Assembly (NCBI GenBank): GCA_032718475.1
Contig: JAUCBJ010008842.1
Location: forward strand, 1 to 36,426
Direction: 5' to 3'
Length of the DNA: 36,426 bases
Source of the DNA: Nemertoderma westbladi
Taxonomy: Eukaryota > Animalia > Xenacoelomorpha
In this document: positions 11,164 through 23,077 of the stretch, piece after piece
Layout: every line of letters begins with the position of its first letter
How positions within the stretch are numbered: the first letter of the stretch is position 1
Notes under the pieces: generated by a model
What the model was told of the DNA's origin: nothing
Database searches by the model: none
The model's input: only the letters and a program-made list of their open reading frames with translations
Program-made: the position numbers and the translations under genes

Positions 11164-11791
11164 TTGAAGAAATACATACATAAAAAGTCATTAAAGGGAC
11201 AACAAAAGTCATTATGCACAATTCGTATAAAAAGGCGGACAAAAAAGTCAAAATAAAAGGACATAAAAAATCACTGCCTTGATGTCAATGAAAAGTTAAA
11301 TACAGTAAACAGGTATCACTAGAGTCAAACCCAACCCCACAAATTACAATTAGCACAGGTGATCCTAATAAGTTAGCGGTGAATGTGCATCACACGAAAC
11401 ACCGAGAGGCAAACCGAAGGCTTCTCCATCTTTGACTGTTTTTAACCGTAGGCCGAAGGGATAGCGCCTTTTTAAATCCCAATATTGAACACAAATACTG
11501 TAGACAACCTTATTCTCCTAACTGTAGCAGAAGTCAGCTTCTGATGAATACCATTACATATGCATGTACAGTCTTTTTTTCAAGGCGTGTTTATGTTGAA
11601 TTTGGAGTTGACTGCATTATGTATGTACACACGTGCGTTTGTAAAACGAAGTTCCCAGCAAAATTTGCGGATCCTGTTGGGGATCCAATAGAAGCAATGA
11701 CGGATCCCAGTAGGATCCGCGGATCCTGTGATAGTCTTATTATGGTATCCCCCAATAAAAAAATTGTAAACCGCGGATCCCATATAAAACC

Positions 11792-12334
11792 TGTGACGGG
11801 ATCCACGAAGGATCCCGATTTATCCGTTTGTCAATCTACGCGTCCCCGCCGTGTGTGAAAGGTAAAAGAGTTTGCGTTGTTCGTCGTATATAATTTCCGG
11901 GTATAATAGATAGATATAAATAGTATGTTGTAATGTAGAGACTGAATGTTGATATGTGGAAGGCGGGATACGGTGATTGAAGTCCCGGTACTTCCCTAGC
12001 TAAACTAACCTAACTAACACCAATAACACACTGAGATAACACAATAACTGATTGCTGGTACCTAATAATATATTGCACGGTTTGGCCTTGCTACAGTACC
12101 TAGCCGATGCTTCCCCCCCTGATTGGCTAATATCCCTGTTGGCGCCCTTTGGAGTGTTCCCGTTCACTCCAGCTATTCTCCCTCTGTTAGGGGTTTGGCC
12201 CCTGACCCTTATTGTGCGTTTCTCCTTCCCACTTTGTTGGGGTGACACGAGTTATTGGTTACCCAATCTCGTGGCCCCCAATATTGCTTAACGGTTGACT
12301 TTGTGGGGTGTTAGTGGAATTGAATAAGCTAACA
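11792..12334 (-). repeat. 3' LTR (543 bp)
   Basis: tgtgacggg...gctaaca, near-identical to 23078-23625 and adjacent to the PPT. Confidence 0.95.
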
Positions 12335-12343
12335 CTCCCCCCC
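12335..12343 (-). other. Polypurine tract
   Basis: The - strand reads gggggggag immediately before the TGTTAGC start of the 3' LTR. Confidence 0.85.
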
Positions 12344-13039
12344 ATGCTATCTTCCCGGTGAGAAGATAGCATCCACCTTAAAGTGCGCTACAATTCCGCT
12401 GGATCCCGATCTGGTATCGGGTGTGGGGTGGAACTATTTTCTCTCGGAGCCGGCTTTCCAGGCCGCTCCCTATGGGTATGATATCGCTACCCGGTTCGCC
12501 TGGCGTCCCATGTCGGGCCGATCGTGCGCTCCTCTCACACGACTTTTGTTTCCCCAACACTTCGCCTCTTTAACTCTACCCTGTTCTCACCCTGACTCTC
12601 CTCTACTTCTCCTCACTACCGCTCTAACTTTCGGACTTCCCTGTCCCTCACTCAGCCTCTTATTCCTCCCACACACTTGAATTGCATTCGCACTCTCTCC
12701 GCACTCTGCACTATCACCTCTACTCGACCTCTCTTTGACTACCCCATCCCTTCTGACGAATCTCACTCCCCCTTTGTGCCGTCACACTCAAGAAATGTGA
12801 AGTCGTCTGGCGTCTCGTCCATAGTACCGTAGTCAGTTAGCCCCCCAGTCCCAGTAGCTAATTGAGAAAGGTTGAATGACTATAGTACTTACTTCGAACG
12901 TATATTTCATTGCTAAACTACTGATTACTACGTACGTACATATAAATTGCACTTATTTAATTATTTGCATCATTTTGAATTCGTACTTAATAGTTCGTAC
13001 GTCCCACGTGGCGCCTTCCAGGCGTACCACATTGAAGTC

Positions 13040-15649
13040 TCAGTTCATCCCCCCCGACTTTGGGAACCACCTCAAGTCTTTCCCTTTGCCGTCCTCCTCC
13101 CTGGGTCGTTTCCTGGTCACTACCGCTCCTCTGGGATCCGCTTTCTGTCTTCGGACCCTCGCCGCCACCTCCTTACTGATCCCGGTCGTTGGCTCTTTGG
13201 GTGCTGGTGTTATCAGCTCCCGATATCGCTTCGCGGGTGGCCCCTCCGAGTGGCCCTGTTGTCTCCCCCTGGTGGTGTCCCATAAGATCATCTTCATTGC
13301 CCGCGGCACGTGCTCCGCTAGGAAATCCCTAAACTCCCCTCGATTCTGTGGCGTCCACCTGTCCAAATACCTCTGTGTATTTATCACCCCGGCATACGAC
13401 GCCGCCGTTGCTACCTCTTGATAGGTAAACGGTAGCCTCCGCTTTATGATTTCCATGTGAGCCTCCTGGTTGATAAGGAAGAAACCCCACTTGAACTCCT
13501 GGGCCTTCATGCGCTGGCGCGTCATGGCCCTGACGTCGGCCCACTCCTCGAAGGTTCTGAACTTCTCTTCGTCGTCCATCCAGTCGCACTGGCGTCCGTA
13601 GTGTCCCCGAAAGTTGCACTTCGGACATCGGTTATGCAACTGTGGACACGCCCCCATCCTGTGGCTCGACTCGCGGCAGTAGAGACAAAAGGTCCCCTTT
13701 TGGAATCGGTACAAACAGCTCCTTTCCTGGTGGGTCTGTCTCCCACAGTAATCGCAACCGAGTACCAATGTCTCCCGCCCCACGTCGTCTTTCGTCCCAA
13801 GCGATCTCCGCGGTCTGTGGAGTCGCTGGTAGGCGAACTTCTGCACGTTAGTGTCCCTGTCTACGTCGATCTCCTCGCCCCTCTCGGGCATCGTCTCCCC
13901 GAATACTACCCGTGGTGCCGTCCCCGGTTGCTCGCCCAACCTGATAGTGCTCCCCGCGAAATCCATCGCCGGTTCCTCATGCACCCAGGCCCGCTTGCCG
14001 GGTCTATCCCAGAAGGCCCTCGCCCCACTGGCCGTCACCACCCTCCCGCCAACCCAGTCCGTGTCCGAGTGGCCTATCCTCCCAATGGGCGGCATCTCTC
14101 CGAACTCGTCGTCGTCTTCATCCTCCTCTGGCATTGTTTCCAACCCCGGTATCCCGATGGATCCACTATGTCCCTTCCCGCCTTGGCTCTCGCCCGTGGC
14201 TCTCCATCCCTCTAGCCCCCTTAACTTCCTTGGCGGTTGTTCGCCTTCGGCGCCCGCTGGTATGGGCATCGCTTGCAACCCCGACGTCGACTGTTTCGGC
14301 GATCCCACCGTCCATCCCAGTTCTCGCCCTAGAGACTCCCCCGAACTCCCTGATGAAGTCCAACGAAGTTCGTCTAAGCCTGCCTGTTCCTCGAAGCCGT
14401 AACTCTGCGTCCTGGCCTCCTCTTCCCTCTCCTCTGCTTCTATCCTTTCCCGTCTAGCGACTTCTTCCAGTCGCTTTGCCTCTCGTCTATCTGTCTCTAG
14501 CTGCTCCCATCTCTGATACGGCGTATCTGTCTCCCCGTCTATCAGATGTCGGCTGTTGTAATACACCGACTCGCCCTTCAGCCCCGGGTGGTCTACCAGA
14601 CCGTCGAAGGCCGTCTTAAAGGCTCTCCTGTAGCTTAGTGGTGATCCCAATAACAGAAATGCCGCTGGTTCCCTCTCGATAACCACGGTCATGAATAAGT
14701 TAAGTAAACTTATCATTATCCAATCTTCCTGCAGGATATATCGCTTCTGATATACCTTTATCGCTCCTCTGCGGAATTGATACACCTCTTGCCTTCCCGG
14801 TCTCGCTCCCCACTTTAGCGAGTTCGCTAGTTCTGCTCCGTATTCCTCCCTGAACTTCCCCCAGTCCATCGGTTTGTGGCATACGAGCCCCAATAGCTGG
14901 CCCATTGCCACCGCCCCGCATTGGCCTGTGTTCCCGACTACTCCCAACCCATCTGGTGCCGTCATAGCCATGAAGACCTTCTGCATATCCAGGAGGTTGG
15001 TGGTGTCCGGACCGATGATTCTCTCCGCGTCCTCGCGAATCGCCGATCCCACCTTCGTCGTCGACTTCTCTCTTACCAAGACTTGCACCGCTTTCGGCAA
15101 CCGGTTTAACTTCGGCACGTCCTTTTTCCCATACGTTCCTAGATCGAATAAGAAGATGTCCCCATTTGGCGCAGCCAAATGTAGGAGTATGGTCCTGGCC
15201 GACCCCGCTGATCCTCGTCTCGAACCCTCCTCGTCTTCCACGGTTCCCTCGTTGTCTAGGATCATATATCCTCCCCTGTTGACGGACTCTATGAACCTCT
15301 TCCAATCCTTCTTCGGCGACTCCCTCGGGTACTTCGGAATCCCGAACTTCGCCTCGTCCCCTTTCACCACGTAGTGGAAGTGTTGGAAGATCGCGTTGTC
15401 CAGCGACGGCGTCCCGTAGGTCCCGACCAGCCGCTGTTCGTGCATCTCCCGGAAGTGGTCCTGCAGCGCTCGTGCCGCGTGACCCTTTTCCAACCTCTCG
15501 TAGTATCCTCTCGTCTTCTCTTCCGGATGCCTCTTGGTGAAATCCACCAGTATCTCCTTTCCTCCTGACTCCGCCTTTCTCTTTCTGATCAGTTTTCCCG
15601 CAATTCCGAACACTCTCACTCGCTCACCTATAAGGTGGTGCCTTACCAA
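13040..15649 (-). CDS. Retrotransposon accessory ORF: DEDDy/RNase D-WRN-like 3'-5' exonuclease domain, acidic linker and three CCHC zinc knuckles
   Basis: ExoI ILDNEG; LLHLA..FLFDL; LPKAVQVLV; ExoII KVGSAIREDA; LLDMQ; ExoIII-like YQKRYILQED. Knuckles CDYCGRQTHQERSC, CLYCRESSHRMGAC and CPKCNFRGHYGRQC. 869 codons without a stop; true start uncertain. Confidence 0.8.
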   Translation of the reverse strand: MVRHHLIGERVRVFGIAGKLIRKRKAESGGKEILVDFTKRHPEEKTRGYYERLEKGHAARALQDHFREMHEQRLVGTYGTPSLDNAIFQHFHYVVKGDEAKFGIPKYPRESPKKDWKRFIESVNRGGYMILDNEGTVEDEEGSRRGSAGSARTILLHLAAPNGDIFLFDLGTYGKKDVPKLNRLPKAVQVLVREKSTTKVGSAIREDAERIIGPDTTNLLDMQKVFMAMTAPDGLGVVGNTGQCGAVAMGQLLGLVCHKPMDWGKFREEYGAELANSLKWGARPGRQEVYQFRRGAIKVYQKRYILQEDWIMISLLNLFMTVVIEREPAAFLLLGSPLSYRRAFKTAFDGLVDHPGLKGESVYYNSRHLIDGETDTPYQRWEQLETDRREAKRLEEVARRERIEAEEREEEARTQSYGFEEQAGLDELRWTSSGSSGESLGRELGWTVGSPKQSTSGLQAMPIPAGAEGEQPPRKLRGLEGWRATGESQGGKGHSGSIGIPGLETMPEEDEDDDEFGEMPPIGRIGHSDTDWVGGRVVTASGARAFWDRPGKRAWVHEEPAMDFAGSTIRLGEQPGTAPRVVFGETMPERGEEIDVDRDTNVQKFAYQRLHRPRRSLGTKDDVGRETLVLGCDYCGRQTHQERSCLYRFQKGTFCLYCRESSHRMGACPQLHNRCPKCNFRGHYGRQCDWMDDEEKFRTFEEWADVRAMTRQRMKAQEFKWGFFLINQEAHMEIIKRRLPFTYQEVATAASYAGVINTQRYLDRWTPQNRGEFRDFLAEHVPRAMKMILWDTTRGRQQGHSEGPPAKRYRELITPAPKEPTTGISKEVAARVRRQKADPRGAVVTRKRPREEDGKGKDLRWFPKSGGMN

Positions 15650-16069
15650 GGCGCAATACAGATGAGTGACAAGTTTCTGATGGTCTGCACAGTGCGAGAA
15701 TGGCCTATTTTCTATCTAACTACGCCTTTTAGCCTAATTTCTATTACTTAATTTTGTAGCTAACAAATGTACCCTATTTGCAATTTCTGTCCGTTGCTTT
15801 AATTATGTTCCAGAATAATTTCCCTCCTGTTACCATAATTTGTAATCTTTAGCCCTATTTATTCTATTTTATTTCTAATCTATTTCTACTATTTACTGCT
15901 TATGGATTATTCTATTTCATAATCCACATTCTGACCTACTCTATGGGCCTGTGCAGTACAGCAGTATATGTCGCGTGGCCTACACGATCAATCCAACTGT
16001 ACTCATATGCCCCCCTCTCGCTACTAACTACTAACTAATATCTATTCTATGTATACCCTTCCACCTCTA

Positions 16070-16600
16070 TCTCTTACTAATCGGTACTACGTACCCTCTT
16101 ACTACTCTCTAACTAACTAACGGTACTACGTACCCTCTAACTCTTACTCTAACTCCACTAACGGTACTACGTACCCTCTTACTACTCTCTAACTTCACTA
16201 ACGGTACTACGTACCGTCTTACTACTCTCTAACTCCACTAATGGTATTACGTACCCTCTAACTCTTACCCTAACTCCACTAACGGTACTACGTACCCTCT
16301 TACTACTCTCTAACTAATGGTACTACGTACCCTCTTACTACTCTCTAACTAATGGTACTACGTACCCTCTTACTACTCTCTAACTAATGGTACTACGTAC
16401 CCTCTTACTACTCTCTAACTAACGGTACTACGTACCCTCTTACTACTCTCTAACTAACGGTACTACGTACCCTCTTACTACTCTCTAACTTACGGTACTA
16501 CGTACCTCCTAACTAACTAACTAACTAACTCTAGGTACTACGTACCTTCTAACTGACTAACTCTAGGTACTACGTACCTTCTAACTAACTCCTAACTAAC
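16070..16600. repeat. Internal tandem array (~35-38 bp unit, about 14 copies) between pol and the accessory ORF
   Basis: Unit ctaa(c/t)ggtactacgtaccctcttactactctctaa; each copy carries the ggtac-tac-gtacc mini-hairpin. Confidence 0.93.
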
Positions 16601-16713
16601 TAACTCTAATTTTTTTATTTTATTTTTATTTTATGTGTGGGAAGGGCGTCTCGCCCTCAATCCCACCCCCCTCAGTCCAAACTTGGACGACTAAACTACA
16701 CTCTAACTCCACC

Positions 16714-19700
16714 CTAAGGTGCCCCTTCTAATAGACAGCATTTCCCTACAGCTCTCCTGTAGGTTTTTCTGTCTTTCGCACCTATCTTGCCACCTATCCG
16801 CACTTCTACCGATCGGACTCTTCCGTCCTCATCGGAATAAGTGCCTACGACTCTCGCCAACCGCCACTGGTTGTTGATGATAGTATCATCCGTAACGATT
16901 ACGAGATCTCCCTCTCTTAACTCCCTATTCGACTTCCTCCACTTGCTTCTTTTGTGAAGCGTGGGTAGGTATTCCTCAACCCACCTCCTCCAATACTCTG
17001 CGCTTATTGCTTTAGCGACCTTCCAACTCTGGCAGGAGTGTATGTCATCTGGGTCTACACCCCGCATATCGATGGTCGCTGGCCTTTCCATTAGAAAATG
17101 GCTGGGTGTCAGCACATCTAATGACTCAGGGTCATCATTCTCCGGATATAGCGGTCTGCTATTAATGATACCCTCGCACTTCGCAAGCACTGTCCTCAAG
17201 ACGTCCTCAGTGACCATGTGGGTGTTCATTAGCTTCGTCATGAGACGCTTGTAACTGCCCACCAGTCTCTCGACGCATCCTAGTGTATGTGGTGCATACG
17301 GCGTCCTTCTCTCCCACTTTACTTGTCGTCGTCTCATGGCCACCCTGACTTCCTCCCCTTCCAAGATGTCCAAGGCCTCTGCCATCTCGATCTCTGCTCC
17401 CACAAAGTTGGTTCTGCTGTCGGAGTACATTACTGCGATCGTCCCACCTTTGCGGTCTCTGAATCTTTCTAATGCATTAATAAATGCTGATGCGGTTGCA
17501 TCTTGGGCGAGTTCTATCCCTACCGCCCGCGTGTTGTTACATACGAAGATAATACCGTAGCGTTTCTCCGTGTGCCGCATCACCTTGATCTTTATCGGCC
17601 CGAACATGTCCACACCGCAATGTGTAAATGGCGGGTCGTGCTGTCTTACTCTACTCGCTGGTAGTGGTGCCATCTCTTGTATGGCTCGCTCCTTCTTCGC
17701 TCGTCGGCAGGTCTGGCACTGCCCCACTACCGCTTTTACCTTCTTCCTCAACTGCTTGACCCAAAAGGTCCTCCTTATCTCCGTGAGAGTTCGGTTGGTG
17801 CCCCCGTGCAATATCGACTTGTGGGAGTCCCAGATAATCTGGTGGACTATTGGCGATCCTATGGGAATGATGATGGGTTTCGGTGGTACGACTATGCTGT
17901 TGTTGTATCCCACCCTAGAATTCTTTACTAGAATCCCGTCGTCATTAAGTTGTGGCGACAGCGTGATCAGCTCGCTGTCCCGTCGAAGGTGCTGTTGTTT
18001 ACCGACGCATTCCACCTCGTCACCATAGTTCTTCCGTTGTTCATAGCGGATGACTGCCTTGGCCGCTCCTTCCAGATCTATGGTTGTCCTGATCTTCTTG
18101 TCTTTGCCAACTCCCGCGAGGAAATTCCCGAAGGCTCTCCAGTACACCACTGATTTATTGGTCTTATACCAACTAGAGCTGTAGCTGAGGAGTTTATCTG
18201 TCGGGTTATTGCACAGTTCTTCTGGTTTAGGTTGCACGTCCCTTATCTCCCTCACCATCTGGGAGTATATCTCTTCTCCCTCTGAATCTCCCTCTTCTCC
18301 TTCTGACACGACCTCTCCTGAGTCCGGGTCCACCTTTCTCATCGGCGGCCAGGCCTCCTTGTCGCTCAGAAACTGCGGCCCGTGTTGCCACAATCCTTCC
18401 TTTTTTAAGAAAGTGTGGCGTGCCACGCCCCTTGATAACAAGTCCGCTGGGTTCTCGTCCGTCGGGCAGTAGTGCCACCTTTCCAATTCTGTGGTCGCCC
18501 TTATCTCGTCCACCCTATTCGCGACGAATATTGGGTATCTCGTCCTTTCGTTATGTAGCCAACCAAGCACTACCATGGAGTCCGTCCAGTAGTGTGTCTC
18601 CACTATGTTGGGAATAGTATCCACTAGGTAGGCTGTGGCTCTAACTCCTAGTCTCGCAGCTGTCAATTCTAATTTGGGAACTGATGCTGAATCTGGCGGC
18701 GTTGACTTTGCTTTGCTAAAGGCCAGTCTGGGCTTGTGAGCCCCCTCTCATTGTACTAAATAAAGTGCCGCTCCGTACGCCTCCAACGACGCATCGGAGA
18801 ACATGTGTAGGTCCAGATTCGTCATGTTCCCATCCGGGAAATACACTCGTGGCATGTTGTATGTTCCCATCTTCTCCAAATCTTCTGTCCACTTACACCA
18901 CTGCTTCTTGATCTCCTCTGGTACCTCTACGTCCCACTCATCCTTCAATTTGTATACTCTCTTGAGTATCTGTTTCCCCGTGACTAATAGTGGGGATGCT
19001 AGACCTAGGGGATCGTATATCCTTGCTATATACGACACATAGCCCCTCTTCGTGTGGATGCCTGCGCCCTCCTGGCTCAGCTGGTACTTCAGTTCGTCTG
19101 TCTCTCTGTTCCACACGATTCCCAGTGCCTTCTGATGAGATTCTGTCCTCTTGTTCGCCATGTCCTGCCCTTTGGCTGTTGTGGGATTATCCATGGTCGA
19201 TTCTGGTCTCTTGTCCTCTATCGCCTTGATAAATTCCTCCGAACTGGATTGGAATTTGGTCAGGTTAAAGCCGGATCCTTTTAGGATGTCGCGAACCTCG
19301 CGCCCTGTGTCCAGTATCTCCTTAACCGTATTTCCAGACTCCATTCCGTCATCTACGTAGAAGCCGCGTCGAATCATATCGATGGCCCTAGTGCTGTATC
19401 TATCCTCCTTCCCCTTTACTGTATCTCTCACTGCCATAGTCGTCGTAAATGAAGACGACTTGGCTCCCATGTTCTGTATTATCGACGGTTCTTCCTCGCC
19501 GTCGTACCATAAGAAGCGTTGACTGTCGCTATCTTCCTCCGTTACACGGACTTGGTTGAACATGCCTTCTATGTCACACGTGAAGGCGTGTTTCCCATTT
19601 CTAAATCTAAGTAGGACCTCTATCCCCGAGTTGTATATGTTTGGACCTTCTAGCAGATAGTCGTTTAAGCATTTTCTGTTGGTCTTTGCCGATGCGTCAA

Positions 19701-22655
19701 CTACCATCCGCAGTTTACCTTTCTTTGGGTCTAAAGCCACGTGGAGTGGCAGGTAATATGTCCTGTCCGTGTTTGGTTCGTCGACCGGTAACTCCACGGC
19801 CCATCCTTTCTCGACGTACTTCTTAATTGTTCTGTGGATGTACTCATTCTTCTCGGGGCTCCGTTTTAGTGTTTGTTTCAGCTTGCGGAGCCTCGTGAGT
19901 ACCATCCCTCTATTATCGGGCAGTGGTAACTTCGGTAGCTTCCATACCATTCCTATGGTGTACCGCCCCTCGTCGCACTTCATAGACTCCTCTACGCTCT
20001 GCTGAGCCTGTTTGTCTTCCACCGAGGTCCCGACCCCGGTCTCCTTTAATCCTTCAAAATCCTGTCTGAGCTGTCTTTTAAGCTGCTCCTCTGCTCTCTC
20101 ATCACTCATTTCCTGCATAGTTCCCGCGAACATGCATCCTGATGTCTCCGACATCCTAAATGGTATCTTGCTCTTGATTGGGCCACTTAGCGTCCACCCG
20201 AATGGTGTCAGTATTGCCACCGGGTCACACTGCTTGTCTTCGCCGAAGACCGTTTGCATTCTTTCGTGGGCCGTTGGGCAGTCCATTCCCACTATGATGG
20301 ATACCTTCCTAACGTCCACATCTGGGATTGAGAAGTCAATATCATCCAGAAATTTATATTGTTCGACCTCGATGTTGGTTGGCCGTCTGGCATTGATGTT
20401 TATTGACTCTATCACTTGGATGGGGTCGATGCTCGCCCCATAGTCGCATCCTGGTGCTATTGCTGCGATGGTGCACCGTCCGGTTCTCATCTCCAGGACC
20501 TCATCCTTGCTGGAGATGGTTGTTACCGCCATTCTACTTGGCCTCGTTCTCAATCCTATTTCTTCGGCCACCCAATCCTCGACTAATGTGAAGGCAGCTC
20601 CACTATCAACCAGCATTAGTGTTGTTACTGATCGATTGCCTTCTCCAATCACTCGCACGGGTACTACCCCAAGTAGCACCGTTCCTCTCTTCTTCGCCCC
20701 TACTGTGCTCGTTGCCATCGTTTGGCCTTTCCTTTGACCGAACTTGACCGGCGTCTCCTTGCATTGCCTAGCTCTATGTCCACTCATCACACATCGCGAG
20801 CAGATCTTATTCCTCGCCGCATAATCTACCTGATCTTCCCTAGGTAGCGCTTGCCAGTACCTGCAGTTCATGGTTTGATGAAGCGCATTTGTATGTAGCT
20901 GGCATTTGCTCTTTGGGTCGTAGCCCTCCTTATACAGTGCATCGCGTATCGCAGCTGCGTTTGTACCAAAGTCCCTACTATTCTTATTGTTTGGGTTCGG
21001 CCTACTGGACGTACTGGGGTTATATTTGTTCGTGTTGTTATTGTTCCCCTGTCCGTTCCATGGTGTGGTCTTACCTTCGGCTACCTGTGGACTTGCAGTC
21101 CCCTGCGTCGCTGCATATGGCAGTGATTGCCTGAGCTTCGGTAATGCGTTTGACGTATTGTGCTCTGGTTTCGGTCTATGGTAATCCGTCTTCGGTCCCT
21201 TTCCCAGGCTATCCTCGCTATAGACTGGGTCGGTTATTAGTTCAGCTTCGTAGTTTAAGAAGCTTGACATTTCTTCTAAACCCGGTTCCGCACCCTTCCT
21301 ATCTCGAGTGGAGAAAGCGATTTTCCTCCACTTGTTGCGCAACCACATCGGTAGTGCCTGCGCTATCGTGGTGATGTTGTTGGACGCGTTGAGTTCGTAT
21401 GGCGCGTCTAGCGTCTTTAACACGATTAGCGCCTTCTCGACCTTGTTCGCGAATGTCTTAATGCTAACGGGATTATCCTGTAGGCCACCCGATGTTATGC
21501 CTCTCAGGGTCTGCCTGATGATCTTGGCCGGGTGCCCGTATTCCCTGTCCAGTGCCCGCCATGCCGTTGTGAAGCCGCCCTCTATGCCCTGATATTGCCT
21601 CACGATGTCGTATGCTGGGCCTCCTGTGTATACTTGCAAATACTTTAGGCACTCCGCCTGCGTTAAGTTCTTTGTTAGTATTTCGTTACTATACATACGC
21701 CGAAACTGGAGATATTCTTCCGGCCTACTCCCATCGAATTTGAATGGTTCCACGGGTGGTAATTCGATCCTTGTTTTTAATGCATCGATCAATGTGGCCA
21801 TCCCCATCGCCTGCGCTTCCAATGGATTCGATGGATGTTGTATAGTTCCTCCTGTTGGGTGCGGTCCGCCCGTCCTATTTTCTGCCTTTCTTTGGCTTGG
21901 GTATATCATTGGGGGTAACGGCCCCCTCCATATTTCTGTGTCACACGACCTATTTTCATCCAAGGGTCTCGTTGTTCTTGCTCCTATCGGGGTATATTGT
22001 TGATATTGCGATGGGGGAATGTCACCCTGTCCCCCCCCCCCCCCACCGGTATGTTTGGTATTGGGGTTGATGTTAATATATTGGGGCCCATGCATCTATC
22101 CGCAATAATTCCCCCCTCCCCTGGGTATATGTTATGTCCTTGCATGCTGTAGTCATACTGCTGTACTGGTACCGGTATAGGCCTATCAGCTTCTGGCCTA
22201 CCTGCCGGTATGTACTCCGCGACTTCCGGGTTTAATTCCGTCGTCCGCGCTATCCTATCGCCTACATTATTCCTGTCAGCATGGCCTATGGTATGTGCAG
22301 TAAGGCCTACAGTATGTCCTACAGTCTGTATGTATTGCTCGGGATCGAAGTTTATTCTTCTCGAATAATCCTCCCCGCGGCTACCGTACTCTCGATCTGT
22401 AGGTATATCCCGTCGGAAAGTTTCTCTTCGACCCTCTCTACTACTCTCGTCTACGTGCCGGTACATCGCGTACCCCTCCCTCGACGCGTAACGCGTCTCG
22501 TTAGGTCGCGTCTCTCCGGGACGACGGCAATCTCCCGGAGTTCGACCCCACCGACTCTCCCTTTCCATCTCCACCACCGACGGCTCGCTATCCGTCCTCA
22601 CTCTCCTGTCGTTCGCGGCGATACTTCTTCTGCTGTCTTCTCTTCTTCTCCTCTC
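16714..22655 (-). pseudogene. BEL/Pao gag-pol polyprotein, interrupted
   Basis: Gag (PFKFDGSRPEEYLQFR, Cys/His knuckles), protease LVDSGA, RT (CDIEGMFNQV, FYVDD), Pao RNase H (FSDAS, VPKLEL, WTDS, NPADLLSRG) and integrase (H-H-C-C, GVDMFGP, ERLV). Defects: in-frame TGA at 18748-18750, probable frameshift at the C-run 22031-22044, missing N-terminus. Confidence 0.92.
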
Positions 22656-22707
22656 AGTTACCCAATCTCGTGGCCCCCAATATTGCTTAACGGTTGACTT
22701 TGTGGGG

Positions 22708-23077
22708 TGTTAGCTTATTCAATTCCGCTAACACCCCACAAAGTCAACCGTTAAGCAATATTGGGGGCCATGAGATTGGGTAACCAATAACTCGTGTCAC
22801 CCCAACAAGGTGGGAAGGAGAAACGCACAATAAGGGACAGGGGCCAAACCCCTAACAGAGGGAGAATAGCTGGAGTGAACGGGAACACTCCAAAGGGCGC
22901 CAACAGGGATATTAGCCAATCAGGGGGGGGGGGGGGGAAGCATCGGCTAGGTACTGTAGCAAGGCCAAACCGTGCAATATATTATTAGGTACCAGCAATC
23001 AGTTATTCAGTTATCTCAGTGTGTTGTTGGTGTTAGTTAGGTTAGTTTAGCTAGGGAAGTACCGGGACTTCAATCAC
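22708..23077 (+). repeat. Inverted partial LTR copy (370 bp), preceded by a short direct LTR fragment (22657-22714)
   Basis: Reverse complement of LTR positions ~23259-23625. Confidence 0.93.

Noticed and set aside
11538-11570. Hammerhead ribozyme at ctgatga (11541)
   Set aside because: No stem II followed by GAAA.
18748-18750. Programmed stop-codon readthrough in pol
   Set aside because: The stop falls inside RNase H, where BEL elements are normally continuous; a nonsense mutation is simpler given the other lesions.
12876-22697. Numerous + strand ORFs within the LTR element
   Set aside because: Antisense shadows of GC-rich coding sequence with no recognisable motifs.
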